From an uncultured cyanobacterium (GTDB taxonomy: Bacteria; Cyanobacteriota; Cyanobacteriia; Cyanobacteriales; CAWCAG01), in assembly GCA_963803805.1 (NCBI GenBank), contig CAWDOD010000002.1, positions 1,248,001 to 1,312,000 on the forward strand: a stretch of DNA of 64,000 bases, written 5' to 3'. The notes below the pieces were generated by a model. That model was not told the DNA's origin. It was given only the letters and a program-made list of their open reading frames with translations, and ran no database searches. This document shows, in pieces, positions 54,073 to 64,000 of this stretch (positions within the stretch are counted from its first letter, which is position 1; the number at the start of each line of letters is the position of its first letter). A program made the position numbers and the translations under genes.

Positions 54073-54966
54073 ATGAATCTACCTAACTTCATAATTATAG
54101 GTGCTGCTAAATCAGGAACTACAGCTCTTTATCATTACTTAAAACAGCATCCCCAAATTTACCTCAGCCCTATCAAAGAAACCGAATTTTTTGCCTTTGA
54201 AGGAGAGGAATTGAACTTTTATGGGCCCGGTGATTTACCCCGTGCTACTATTACTAATTTTGCTGACTATCAAGCTCAGTTCCAGGGGGTAACTGATGAA
54301 ATAGCTATCGGTGAAGCTTCTCCGGTTTATATTTACAGTTCTAAAGCACCAGAACGCATTAAAAACTATTTACCAGATGTTAAACTGATCGCTATTTTAC
54401 GGGAACCAGTTGAGAGAGCTTATTCTCAATATCTCATGTTTATTAGAGATCAACGCGAAACATTAATGGATTTCGCTCAAGCGGTTAAACAAGAAGAAAC
54501 CCGCCAGCAAAAAGGTTGGGCTTGGGGATGGCGTTACTTGGAATTAGGCTTTTATTACACCCAGTTAAAACGTTACTTTGATATATTTGAGCGTCAACAA
54601 ATCAAAGTTTATCTTTATGACGATTTACGCGACAACCCTCTAAAAGTTATTGAAGATATTTGTGGCTTTTTGAATGTGGATACTAACTTCAGCCCTGATA
54701 TGTCCTTTAAGCCCAACATATCAGGAGTTCCTGACAATAAATTACTCCATGATTTTCTCAGGAAACCCAATGCGGTCAAAGATTTATTGAAGCCTTTGCT
54801 GCCGGCTAAGCTGCGTAAAAGTATGCGCCTCAATTTGCAAAATAGCAACCTTTCCAAACCAAAACTAGAGCCAGAAGTAAAAGAGCAACTATCACCTCTA
54901 TTTCGCAAAGATATTTTACAGCTACAGGATTTAATTCACAGAGACTTATCTGGTTGGCTCAAATAA
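54073..54966 (+). CDS. Sulfotransferase
   Basis: PNFIIIGAAKSGTT 5'-PSB loop, GEASPVY and LREPVERAYS 3'-PB motif. Confidence 0.92.
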   Translation: MNLPNFIIIGAAKSGTTALYHYLKQHPQIYLSPIKETEFFAFEGEELNFYGPGDLPRATITNFADYQAQFQGVTDEIAIGEASPVYIYSSKAPERIKNYLPDVKLIAILREPVERAYSQYLMFIRDQRETLMDFAQAVKQEETRQQKGWAWGWRYLELGFYYTQLKRYFDIFERQQIKVYLYDDLRDNPLKVIEDICGFLNVDTNFSPDMSFKPNISGVPDNKLLHDFLRKPNAVKDLLKPLLPAKLRKSMRLNLQNSNLSKPKLEPEVKEQLSPLFRKDILQLQDLIHRDLSGWLK

Positions 54967-55009
54967 ACTTTTCATTCTCTCAATCAACATCTCAATCCAA
55001 GGTCAAAAA

Positions 55010-55891
55010 TTGATAAATTTTCCAAACTTTCTAGTTATTGGGGCAATGAAAGCAGGGACAACCTCGCTCTATCATTATCTAGATCAACATCCCCAAATTT
55101 TTATGAGTTCTCTGAAAGAGCCACACTTCTTTTCCTATGAAGGTAATAGGCAACAACCTATAACTACAAAAGAAGACTATTCTTCTTTGTTTGCTCAAGC
55201 GAGGAATGAAATAGCAATTGGGGAAGCTTCTACTACCTATTTAGCTAACCACAATGCTCCGGAGCGAATCTATCAGCTTATTCCCCAAGTTAAGCTAATA
55301 GCTATTTTGCGAGATCCCGCAGATAGAGCCTATTCTCAGTACCTTATGCATTGTCGTATCGATAAATCCGATCAATCAGTTTTACAAGAACAGGTACTTC
55401 TTGAAAATTTTGCTCAAACAATTGCCGAGAAACGCCCCGGATTAATAGGAGGAGGAAGGTATTATCATTGCTTGAAGCACTATTTACATTTCTTCGAGCC
55501 ACAGCAACTCAAGGTATGTTTTTTTGAAGATTTAAAAGATCAACCTGTTACCTTGCTTCAAGAAATTTTTGCTTTTCTGGGAGTAGAAGAGGATTTTGTT
55601 ATCACTAAAGCTAATCAAGCTTATAATTCTGGAGGGATACCAAATAATCAGAGCTTTCATGCTTACTTAGAGACTGTGAAAGACCAATTTAACCAAATCG
55701 TCAAACCCCTTTTACCTAAAACATTACTAGACCCAATATATGAAGTCTATGCAAACTTCAGAAATAGTAATCTAGTCAAAGCACCTCCTCTTCCTGAAGC
55801 CATGCGACAGCAAGTTATTGAGGTATATCGTTCAGATATTCTTGCTTTGCAAGAGTTAGTCCAACGGGATCTTGCCCACTGGTTAAAGTAA
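55010..55891 (+). CDS. Sulfotransferase
   Basis: PNFLVIGAMKAGTT, GEASTTY and LRDPADRAYS. Confidence 0.92.
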   Translation: MINFPNFLVIGAMKAGTTSLYHYLDQHPQIFMSSLKEPHFFSYEGNRQQPITTKEDYSSLFAQARNEIAIGEASTTYLANHNAPERIYQLIPQVKLIAILRDPADRAYSQYLMHCRIDKSDQSVLQEQVLLENFAQTIAEKRPGLIGGGRYYHCLKHYLHFFEPQQLKVCFFEDLKDQPVTLLQEIFAFLGVEEDFVITKANQAYNSGGIPNNQSFHAYLETVKDQFNQIVKPLLPKTLLDPIYEVYANFRNSNLVKAPPLPEAMRQQVIEVYRSDILALQELVQRDLAHWLK

Positions 55892-55915
55892 TTATAAGAA
55901 GGGGGAAGATAGTTT

Positions 55916-56836
55916 ATGAAGATGAATATGCCCAACTTCCTAATCATTGGTGCAGCAAAAGCCGGGACAACCTCCCTGCATAGTTTTTTAGGTCAACATC
56001 CCCAAATCTATTTAAGTCCTGTCAAAGAGCCAAATTTTTTTGCCTTAGAAGGGGAGAAACTGAATTTTCCTGTTGGTACAATTAGCCCAGGTTACTTAGC
56101 TGAGTGTAAAACTGATTTGACGGCTTATCAAGAACAATTTCAAGATGTTACTAGCCAAAAAGCTGTGGGAGAAGCTTCCCCCCTTTATCTTTACCATTCT
56201 CACGCTCCCCAGCGCATCAAAAACCATCTTCCTGATGTCAAACTAATTGCTATCCTCCGCAACCCAGTAGAAAGAGCTTACTCTAACTTCCTACATCATG
56301 TTCGAGAAGGTTTTGAAACTTATACAGACTTTGCTGAAGCTTTGAAAGCAGAAGAGCAACGCAAGCAAGAACATTGGTGGTGGGGATTTTATTACCTTCA
56401 AGGAGGATTTTATTATCAACAACTGCAAAGATATTTCCAACTTTTTGAACCTCAGCAAATTAAAGTTTATCTTTACGAAGATTTAAAATCTCAATCGGTT
56501 AAATTGCTTCAAGATATTTTTCAATTTTTAGGAGTAAACGCTGATTTCACCCCTAATACTGCTGCACAATATAATGTCGGTGGTGTGCCTAAAAATCAAA
56601 CTTGGTATCGTTTCCTTACTACTAAAAACCCTTTAAAAGAACCTCTCAAACTATTATTGCCGGAAGAAGTACGTAAAAGTTTAGTACTAAAGTTAAAAAA
56701 TAAAGCCTTAGCCAAACCACAACTATCTCCAGAAATTCACGCTCAACTCACCGCCAAATATCGTGAGGATATCTTGAAATTACAAGACTTGATCGGGCGG
56801 GATCTTTCATCTTGGTTAGAGGAGGGGAAAAGATGA
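55916..56836 (+). CDS. Sulfotransferase
   Basis: PNFLIIGAAKAGTT, GEASPLY and LRNPVERAYS. Confidence 0.92.
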   Translation: MKMNMPNFLIIGAAKAGTTSLHSFLGQHPQIYLSPVKEPNFFALEGEKLNFPVGTISPGYLAECKTDLTAYQEQFQDVTSQKAVGEASPLYLYHSHAPQRIKNHLPDVKLIAILRNPVERAYSNFLHHVREGFETYTDFAEALKAEEQRKQEHWWWGFYYLQGGFYYQQLQRYFQLFEPQQIKVYLYEDLKSQSVKLLQDIFQFLGVNADFTPNTAAQYNVGGVPKNQTWYRFLTTKNPLKEPLKLLLPEEVRKSLVLKLKNKALAKPQLSPEIHAQLTAKYREDILKLQDLIGRDLSSWLEEGKR

Positions 56837-58089
56837 AAACTTTGCTTCTTAGTACTGATGATATCCAAGGGGGTGCAGCTAGGGCAGCTTATCGCTTGCA
56901 TCAAGGTTTGCAGAAAGCAGGGGTAAGTTCCCAAATGCTAGTCAAGGAAAAATCCAGCCAAGATCCTACAGTTATTGCTCCTGCAACTAAACTAGCAGAA
57001 GGCATCGCGAAAACAAAACAAACCTTTGCTGCTTTCCCCCTCAAACTTTACTCCCAAAGGCAAAGTACCACCTTTTCTACCCAGTGGTTGCCCGACAACA
57101 TTCTGCCTCAAGTTGCTCAAATTGCTCCTGATATAATTAATTTGCATTGGATTAACAACAGCTATATGCAGATCGAAACCTTGGGGAAACTAAAGCAACC
57201 TCTGGTTTGGAGTTTGCATGATATGTGGGCATTTACCGGAGGATGTCACTATAACCAAAACTGCCATGGCTACACAAATTCCTGCGGTAGCTGTCCCCAA
57301 CTAGGTAGCAACCAAGACTGGGATCTCTCCCGTTGGATCTGGCGACGCAAGGTTAAAGCTTGGCGAAATATCAACTTAACCATTGTCGCTTTAACTTCCT
57401 GGTTAGCTAGTTGTGCCGCTTCAAGTTCCCTCTTTAAGCAACAGCGCATTGAAATCATTCCTAATGGCATAGATACCAATATATATCGCCCCATCTCCCG
57501 CCAGCTAGCACGAGAAGTGCTTAATTTGCCCCAAGATAAAGAATTACTCCTCTTTGGTTCCCTCAATGCTACCAGTGACAAACGCAAGGGCTTTCACTTG
57601 TTGCAAGCAGCTCTTCAAGATTTAAGAAACTCCAGTCCTTGGCAAGATAGGCTGGAGTTAGTAGTTTTTGGAGCCTCAGAACCAGAAAATCCCCCAGACT
57701 TAGGCTTTAAAACCCATTACTTAGGTACATTCGCTGATGATCTTTCCTTAGCGTTAATCTACTCAGCGGCAGATGTATTTGTCTTACCTTCTGTGCAAGA
57801 CAACTTACCCAATACCATTATGGAAGCGATCGCCTGTGGCATTCCTTGCCTTGGCTTTGAAATAGGGGGTTTACCAGACATGATTGAGCATCATGGTAAT
57901 GGTTACTTAGCCCAACCCTTCAACATTGAAGACTTAGCCCAAGGGATTACTTGGTTGCTAGAAAACCATGATAGACATCAAAAGCTTTCCCGTCGTGCAA
58001 GGGAAAAAGCCGAACAAGAGTTTACCTTAGAATTGCAAGCACAGCGCTACCTAAAACTTTTTCGGGAGCTTAGGGAGGAGGAACAGTGA
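56833..58089 (+). CDS. GT4 glycosyltransferase (WcaC-like)
   Basis: GGAARAAYRLH, LHDMWAFTGGCHY and DNLPNTIMEA. ATG 56833 overlaps the upstream stop. Confidence 0.9.
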   Translation: MKTLLLSTDDIQGGAARAAYRLHQGLQKAGVSSQMLVKEKSSQDPTVIAPATKLAEGIAKTKQTFAAFPLKLYSQRQSTTFSTQWLPDNILPQVAQIAPDIINLHWINNSYMQIETLGKLKQPLVWSLHDMWAFTGGCHYNQNCHGYTNSCGSCPQLGSNQDWDLSRWIWRRKVKAWRNINLTIVALTSWLASCAASSSLFKQQRIEIIPNGIDTNIYRPISRQLAREVLNLPQDKELLLFGSLNATSDKRKGFHLLQAALQDLRNSSPWQDRLELVVFGASEPENPPDLGFKTHYLGTFADDLSLALIYSAADVFVLPSVQDNLPNTIMEAIACGIPCLGFEIGGLPDMIEHHGNGYLAQPFNIEDLAQGITWLLENHDRHQKLSRRAREKAEQEFTLELQAQRYLKLFRELREEEQ

Positions 58090-59348
58090 AAATAAGTTTA
58101 CTCCAATATCTAGCTAGGTTAGAACCAGTAATTGTTATCCTATTACTGGCATTTTATGCTGGGGTTAACTTACCAGAACCTCTGGGATCTCCCTGGTCAA
58201 AATTAATGAAGCTTACGGCCTATGCTTTAGTGCCTTTATTAGCCTTGATACGCTGGAAAAGATGTTTATATGTTGCTAGCAAAGATATTCCCCTTTTGCT
58301 TTTGACAGGTCTAGCTTTATTATCTTTTCTTTGGTCTGCATCCCCAGATGCTAGTCTGAGTTATGGTAAGGCCCTATTCCGTACCACAATATTTGGTCTC
58401 TATCTAGCGACCTGCTATAGTCCTAAAGAACAAATGCGTATGACAACTTGGGCTGTAGGAATAGCGAGTCTCTTAAGCCTGTTTGTTTGCGTTGCCATGC
58501 CTGCTACAGGAGTTTCAGAAGAAGGTCTTTGGCAAGGAGTTTTCAACCATAAAAATACTATGGCCCGGTTTATGGCTTTAGCAACTTTACTACTTACATT
58601 AGTGAGTATAGATAATAGAAAACGACGCTGGCTTGCTATTTTAGGTATTGGTTTAAGTCTTTTTCTACTTGTGAAAACTCAAGGCAAAACCTCCTTATCC
58701 CTATTACTTTTTGGATGGGGTTTGTTACCTATTTACTACGCTGTACAGCAAAAGTACAAGCTGCGAACCTTACTAATCCTGGCAGTAATAGTTATAGGAG
58801 GTGGTGCGGCTTTGTGGCTAGCTAACAACCTAGAAACTATCATTGTCGATGGCTTGGGCAAGGATATGACCATGAGTGGAAGGGATGAACTCTGGGATGC
58901 CTTAATTTATCGAGGTATGCAAAGACCTTGGTTTGGTTATGGCTTTGCTGGCTTTTGGAATAATAAACGCGAGATATTTATTGTCGCTCGTCTAGTATCT
59001 TGGTTTGGTACAAAGACTCATGGCCATGCCCACAGTGGTTTTATCGATCTATTTCTGCAAGTAGGCTTTGTGGGTGTGGGACTTTATGTTTTGAGTTTAG
59101 TAACTTTAATCGGGAGGATAATTGCTTTATTAAATAATACCGGCAAAGTAGAATATTTTTGGTTTCTTGAATTCACAATTGTCAGTTGTTTATTCAACTA
59201 TACTTTAACTCAGACTATTCTTAACCAAAGCGAATTAATTTGGCTTTTATATATAGCCAATGCTTTTTCTACCGCTCTACAGCAAGAACGCCTAAATAGA
59301 ACTCGCCACTGGATGGCAAGTAAACAAAAGCAAATGATAACTAGCTAA
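58086..59348 (+). CDS. O-antigen ligase/Wzy-like polymerase
   Basis: Multi-pass membrane protein with WQGVFNHKN, SGRDELW, RPWFGYG and HAHSGF motifs. Confidence 0.85.
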   Translation: MKISLLQYLARLEPVIVILLLAFYAGVNLPEPLGSPWSKLMKLTAYALVPLLALIRWKRCLYVASKDIPLLLLTGLALLSFLWSASPDASLSYGKALFRTTIFGLYLATCYSPKEQMRMTTWAVGIASLLSLFVCVAMPATGVSEEGLWQGVFNHKNTMARFMALATLLLTLVSIDNRKRRWLAILGIGLSLFLLVKTQGKTSLSLLLFGWGLLPIYYAVQQKYKLRTLLILAVIVIGGGAALWLANNLETIIVDGLGKDMTMSGRDELWDALIYRGMQRPWFGYGFAGFWNNKREIFIVARLVSWFGTKTHGHAHSGFIDLFLQVGFVGVGLYVLSLVTLIGRIIALLNNTGKVEYFWFLEFTIVSCLFNYTLTQTILNQSELIWLLYIANAFSTALQQERLNRTRHWMASKQKQMITS

Positions 59349-59368
59349 ACTAAATTACAACCAGGAGT

Positions 59369-60430
59369 ATGTGCATGAAAGTATTAGTAACAGGATCAAG
59401 CGGTTTAATTGGCTCTGAAGCTGTGGCCTATTACGACCAACAAGGTCATGAAGTGATTGGCGCAGATAATAATATGAGGGCAGAGTTTTTTGGTAAACAG
59501 GGAGATACTACTTGGAATCTCAATCGCCTTAAAGAAGTGAGCAATAACTTTACTCATTATAATCTTGATATCCGCGATCGCGACGGGGTTTTTGAGTTAT
59601 TTAAAAATAATCCCATTGATTTAATTATTCACTGTGCAGCCCAACCTTCTCATGACAAAGCTTGCGAAATTCCTCTGTTGGATTTTGAAGTTAACGCTTT
59701 GGGTACTGTGAATTTGTTGGAGGCAACGCGGCAGTTTTGCCCAGAAGCAGTTTTCATTCACATGAGTACCAACAAAGTTTATGGTGATGCTCCCAATGAA
59801 GTACCAAGGGTGGAGTTAGAAAAGCGCTACGATTACGCTAACCCAGAAGATCATGATGGTATTTCTGAAGAGTGTCGCATTGATCGTTGTTTGCACTCCC
59901 TATTTGGGGCTTCTAAAGTTGCTGCTGATGTTGTTGCCCAAGAATATGGCCGCTACTTTGGCATCAAAACAGGTATTTTCCGGGGTGGCTGTTTGACAGG
60001 CCCTTCCCACTCTGGGGTTGAACTGCACGGCTTCCTTTCTTACTTAGTTAAAGTGGGGGTAACAGGGGGAACTTATAAAGTATTTGGTTACAAAGGCAAG
60101 CAAGTTAGGGATAATATTCACAGCTACGATGTCATTCAAGCCTTTGAAGCTTTTCGCCGCAACCCAAGACCAGGAGAGGTTTATAACTTGGGGGGAGGCC
60201 GGGATAATAGCGTCTCAGTGTTAGAAGCTTTTGACAAGGTGGGGGAGTTAGTAGGCAAAGAAATGAACTGGACTTATGTGGACAAAAATCGCATCGGTGA
60301 TCACCTTTGTTATATCTCTGACTTGAGTAAGCTGAAGGAGCATTTTCCTGACTGGGGTATTACCCGCAGCTTGACGGATATTCTTGAGGAGATGGTTGCA
60401 GTGGAGCAAGAAAGATATGCCCAAGTCTAG
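59369..60430 (+). CDS. NAD-dependent epimerase/dehydratase (CDP-paratose 2-epimerase-like)
   Basis: [30 protein letters not shown] and YNLGGGR motifs. Confidence 0.88.
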   Translation: MCMKVLVTGSSGLIGSEAVAYYDQQGHEVIGADNNMRAEFFGKQGDTTWNLNRLKEVSNNFTHYNLDIRDRDGVFELFKNNPIDLIIHCAAQPSHDKACEIPLLDFEVNALGTVNLLEATRQFCPEAVFIHMSTNKVYGDAPNEVPRVELEKRYDYANPEDHDGISEECRIDRCLHSLFGASKVAADVVAQEYGRYFGIKTGIFRGGCLTGPSHSGVELHGFLSYLVKVGVTGGTYKVFGYKGKQVRDNIHSYDVIQAFEAFRRNPRPGEVYNLGGGRDNSVSVLEAFDKVGELVGKEMNWTYVDKNRIGDHLCYISDLSKLKEHFPDWGITRSLTDILEEMVAVEQERYAQV

Positions 60431-61631
60431 GGATGATAACTTACTGCTTTTCGATCTTTTCTCTACAGGGCATCATGCTGGCTACCTCCTGCATCTCATT
60501 GAATATTGGCGAAAAATGTCTCTTCCTGGCAGTTTGCAGGTGTTAGTAACTCCCACCTTTATCCAGTCTCATGCCGATGTGGTTGCAGCAGCCTCTTCAG
60601 AAGTTAGTTTAGTTACAATCACCCCTGAAGAAGCAGGGGAACTCAAATCGGAACAGTCTAGCCGCGATCGCCTGACCCGTAGTTTTCAAGAATGGAAGTT
60701 GTTGCAAAAGTATGTTCAAGAGTTGCAGCCGACTCATTGTTTACTGATGTACCTTGATTCCATCCTTTTAGCTTTAGCTATGAAAGGGCAACTGCCTTGT
60801 GCAATGTCAGGAATTTACTTTCGCCCCATCTTTCACTATGGAGGGTTTGCAGATTTCCATTCTTCCTGGAAAGAACGCATTTTGCAAGGGCGCGATCGCC
60901 TAATACTCTCACGATTATTAGGGAAAGAAAAATTTCAAACTCTTTTCTGCCTTGATCCTTTTGCTGTAGAGAAAATTGACCAATTCGACACTACCGTTAA
61001 ACCACTCTATTTAGCTGATCCTGTACAAATATATCAGCATTCTGATGCTCAATTAGAGAAACTTAAAGCAAGTCTAGGTTTACCCCAAGATCGACAAGTT
61101 TTTCTCATGTTTGGAGTTCCTCAACCCCGTAAAGGCATTTATCAATTATTAGAGGCGATCGCTCTTTTACCTAACAACTTAGCCGAGAAATTTTGTCTAT
61201 TATTAGTAGGACCTAAAAGTGAAGATCCTTTTATCCATAAGCGTATCACAGAACTGCAACAAGTCCTACCTATAAAAATACTTAAACGGGAACAGTTTAT
61301 CCGAGATCAAGAAATTCAACCTTACTTCCAACTAGCTGATGTTATTCTTGCCCCCTATCAACGCCATATTGGTATGAGTGCTATTTTAGTCCGTGCTGCG
61401 GCAGCTCAAAAACCAGTACTTAGTTGTAATTATGGTTTGATGGGTGAAATGGTAAAACGTTATGAATTGGGCATAACAATTGATGCTAGTTCCCCAAAGG
61501 AAATTGCGAAGGGGATAACTCAGTTTCTGCAACAACCAGGAGAAAAGTTGAGTAATTCTTCTAGTATGAAATCTTTTGCCCAAATTAATACCGCAGAAAA
61601 CTTTGCTCAAACTATTTTCGAGAATTTATGA
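60417..61631 (+). CDS. Glycosyltransferase (GT4-like)
   Basis: GHHAGY N-terminus, [13 protein letters not shown]...[14 protein letters not shown]. Likely start ATG 60417. Confidence 0.82.
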   Translation: MPKSRDDNLLLFDLFSTGHHAGYLLHLIEYWRKMSLPGSLQVLVTPTFIQSHADVVAAASSEVSLVTITPEEAGELKSEQSSRDRLTRSFQEWKLLQKYVQELQPTHCLLMYLDSILLALAMKGQLPCAMSGIYFRPIFHYGGFADFHSSWKERILQGRDRLILSRLLGKEKFQTLFCLDPFAVEKIDQFDTTVKPLYLADPVQIYQHSDAQLEKLKASLGLPQDRQVFLMFGVPQPRKGIYQLLEAIALLPNNLAEKFCLLLVGPKSEDPFIHKRITELQQVLPIKILKREQFIRDQEIQPYFQLADVILAPYQRHIGMSAILVRAAAAQKPVLSCNYGLMGEMVKRYELGITIDASSPKEIAKGITQFLQQPGEKLSNSSSMKSFAQINTAENFAQTIFENL

Positions 61632-62785
61632 ACATCCTTTTCTTGACAACAATTCTCTTAAGTAAAAATAGAAATGGCGGTGAAGTTGCTTCCCAATGTT
61701 TTATTGATAGTTTGAGAGAAGGAGGACATGAAGTTAAAGTAGTTGGTTATCTTCGTAAAGGAGATATCTTTGAACATAATTCTCAAAATACTATTGTTGT
61801 TGAGGAACGTTACACAGAAACTAGCAAAAATAAAGTTTATCCTCTAATTTGGTTTATCTTGAGTATTTTACTCAATTTACCTTATTCTGCTGCTAAGTAT
61901 TATTCAAGTAAATATAAGCAGATTGTCAAACAACTTCTAGCTACTGATAAATACGACTTAGTAATTATCGACCATTCTCAACTCAGTTGGCTAAAAAATG
62001 TAGTTAATTCTCAAACTAAGTTGATCTTTGTTGCTCACAATATTGAACACGAAAACTATCAAGAAAATTCTCGCAATGCTAGTAACTTAGTTGCTAAGTC
62101 GGTTTATCAAAGAGAGGCTACTTTGATGGCGAAACAAGAAAACAAATTAGCAATGAAAGCAGAGCAAGTTTGGACATTAACTCATTATGATGCTAAATAC
62201 TTTGCTAAATTCAAAAGTACCAATCAAGTTAAGGTATTTTCTCTTCCCCCTAGTAAGGGTAAATTACCAAACAAACCCCCTAAAAAACAATGTGATATAG
62301 GTCTTTTAGCCAGTTGGTCATGGCAAGCTAATCGAGAAGCTTTACAATGGTTTCTAGACAAAGTTTATCCTCTTCTACCTACGGACTTTTCCATTCAAGT
62401 TGCGGGCAAAGGTGCAGAATGGTTAAAAGAAAAATATCCTCAAATCAACTATTTAGGAGTAGTGCCAGATGCCCAAGAATTTATGGCCCAAGCTAAGGTA
62501 TTTGCAATTCCTACCCTTAGTGGTGGTGGTATCCAAATCAAAACATTAGATGCCCTTGCTTCCGGTTCAGCTATTGTTGCTACTCCGGTGGCTTTAAGGG
62601 GGATTGAAAAATTGCCAGCAACAGTCAAGGTAGCTCAAAATCCTGAAGAATTTGCCCATTGTCTCAAAACAGTAGTTACTTCTCCAACTTCAAACCAAGA
62701 TTTTGCTAAATCTCGACATTGGTATCATCAAAGACAGGAGCAGTTTGATACAGAATTAATGACAGCAATCAATGAAGCGGAGTGA
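61628..62785 (+). CDS. Glycosyltransferase (GT4-like)
   Basis: AHNIEH, WQANREALQWF and GGGIQIKTLDALASG motifs. Confidence 0.82.
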   Translation: MNILFLTTILLSKNRNGGEVASQCFIDSLREGGHEVKVVGYLRKGDIFEHNSQNTIVVEERYTETSKNKVYPLIWFILSILLNLPYSAAKYYSSKYKQIVKQLLATDKYDLVIIDHSQLSWLKNVVNSQTKLIFVAHNIEHENYQENSRNASNLVAKSVYQREATLMAKQENKLAMKAEQVWTLTHYDAKYFAKFKSTNQVKVFSLPPSKGKLPNKPPKKQCDIGLLASWSWQANREALQWFLDKVYPLLPTDFSIQVAGKGAEWLKEKYPQINYLGVVPDAQEFMAQAKVFAIPTLSGGGIQIKTLDALASGSAIVATPVALRGIEKLPATVKVAQNPEEFAHCLKTVVTSPTSNQDFAKSRHWYHQRQEQFDTELMTAINEAE

Positions 62786-62933
62786 TTATTGACTAAATGC
62801 TATTTTAACGAGGCGATTTAGATTGGTGGATTTGCGATTAGCAATAGTTGCACATCCTGTTAATATGTATGTTAAATTTACACAAGCTTATTACTTAACT
62901 AAATCTCCAACCTAATCAAAGGGGCAAGAAGGC

Positions 62934-63545
62934 ATGAATAAAGCTAAAGTATTCGGTATTGGCTTCCACAAAACAGGAACTAGTAGCTTATCTAATGCAC
63001 TAACTAAATTAGGCTATCGTGTTCGCACTTGTGGACCCTTTGTAGAAGACTTTGAAAGTAGAAACAGCGTTTGTGAGGCGGCCTTTGCTGAGGTTGAAAA
63101 ATATGACGCATTTCAAGACAATCCTTGGCCCATTATCTATAAAGAATTAGACCAAAAATATCCTGGCAGCAAATTTATACTCACTACAAGACCAACAGAT
63201 AAATGGCTTAAAAGTGCTGTGAGATATTTCGGCTCTAAAGATACCCCAATGAGAAAGTGGATTTATGGAGTTGGTCATCCTGAAGGACATGAAGAGGTTT
63301 ATGTTGAGCGTTATGAACGCCACTACCGAGAAGTGAAAGAGTATTTTCAAAATAGACCTGAAGACCTTTTAATAATCAGTTTAACGGAAGGGGAAGGTTG
63401 GGAAAAACTTTGTTCTTTTCTTGATAAGGAAATACCTGATTTTGCTTTTCCTCACACTAATAAGCAGGAAAATAAATATCAATCAAAAATAACTAAGCTA
63501 AAACAGAAGATTGTCAGAAAGTTACGTTCTATTAGCGCAAATTAA
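62934..63545 (+). CDS. Sulfotransferase-family protein (Sulfotransfer_4-like)
   Basis: KVFGIGFHKTGTSSL, SKFILTTR and GWEKLCSFL..FPHTN motifs. Confidence 0.85.
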   Translation: MNKAKVFGIGFHKTGTSSLSNALTKLGYRVRTCGPFVEDFESRNSVCEAAFAEVEKYDAFQDNPWPIIYKELDQKYPGSKFILTTRPTDKWLKSAVRYFGSKDTPMRKWIYGVGHPEGHEEVYVERYERHYREVKEYFQNRPEDLLIISLTEGEGWEKLCSFLDKEIPDFAFPHTNKQENKYQSKITKLKQKIVRKLRSISAN

Positions 63546-63588
63546 GTAAATCAAAATAGGTATTTTGTTAAATAACAGAGGTGCTTTA

Positions 63589-64000
63589 ATGAGGGTCAAT
63601 ATATGTGGGGTGAGTATTGACCAATACTCTTTTAATGAAGTAGTAGAAATTATTGTTCAACAGTCCCTTAATGGTAAAAAACCAGAATATGTTGTTACTC
63701 CTAACGCTCAACATTTGGTGACACTACAAAAGGATGCTGAGTTTCGGGAAATATATCGCCATGCTTTTTTGGTTGTACCTGATGGTGTCCCTTTGCTTTG
63801 GGCAGCAAATTTTTTGCAAACCCCATTAAAAGGTCGTGTTAACGGAACAGATCTCTTTGAGAGTTTGTGTGCCGTTGCTTCGGAGAAGGACTTAAAAGTA
63901 TTTCTATTAGGAGGTCGTCCTGGGGCAGCAGAAGAGGCAGCAAAGCTCTTGAAAACTCGACACCCTAGGTTAAACGTTGCAGGTACTTACTGCCCACCCT
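63589..64000 (+). CDS. WecB/TagA/CpsF-family glycosyltransferase (3'-truncated by window)
   Basis: Hand translation MRVNICGVSID...VVTPNAQH...LVVPDGVPLLWAA...RVNGTDL...VFLLGG. Confidence 0.9.
   Translation, partial: MRVNICGVSIDQYSFNEVVEIIVQQSLNGKKPEYVVTPNAQHLVTLQKDAEFREIYRHAFLVVPDGVPLLWAANFLQTPLKGRVNGTDLFESLCAVASEKDLKVFLLGGRPGAAEEAAKLLKTRHPRLNVAGTYCPP

Overview
AT-rich cyanobacterial chromosomal window (many HIP1 GCGATCGC octamers, beta-carboxysome genes, form IB Rubisco). In order: (1) the tail of a GT4 glycosyltransferase; (2) a minus-strand five-gene surface-protein cluster (DUF11/SdrD-B-like protein, 1221-aa putative outer-membrane barrel, beta-helix protein, two paralogous DUF11-repeat adhesin-like genes with frameshifts); (3) the CO2-concentrating/fixation superlocus, with ndhF4-ndhD4-cupB divergent from ccmK2-K1-L-M-N and rbcL-X-S; (4) housekeeping genes (M48 protease, recQ, frameshifted ftsH2, petH, prk, malQ, phoH, khpA, rpsP, ffh); (5) a tRNA-Arg(CCU) gene split by an 850-nt group I intron; (6) petN and a 48-codon neighbour missed by the ORF track; (7) a Wzy/Wza/Wzc exopolysaccharide cluster with four sulfotransferases. 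The standout is the intron. It carries a LAGLIDADG-like ORF in a P7.1-type loop, both catalytic motifs are degenerate, and the stop codon straddles the 3' splice site. Several single-base frameshifts, including one in ftsH2, suggest uncorrected sequencing indels, so frame-dependent claims need read-level confirmation. All family calls come from motif recognition by eye; no searches were run.
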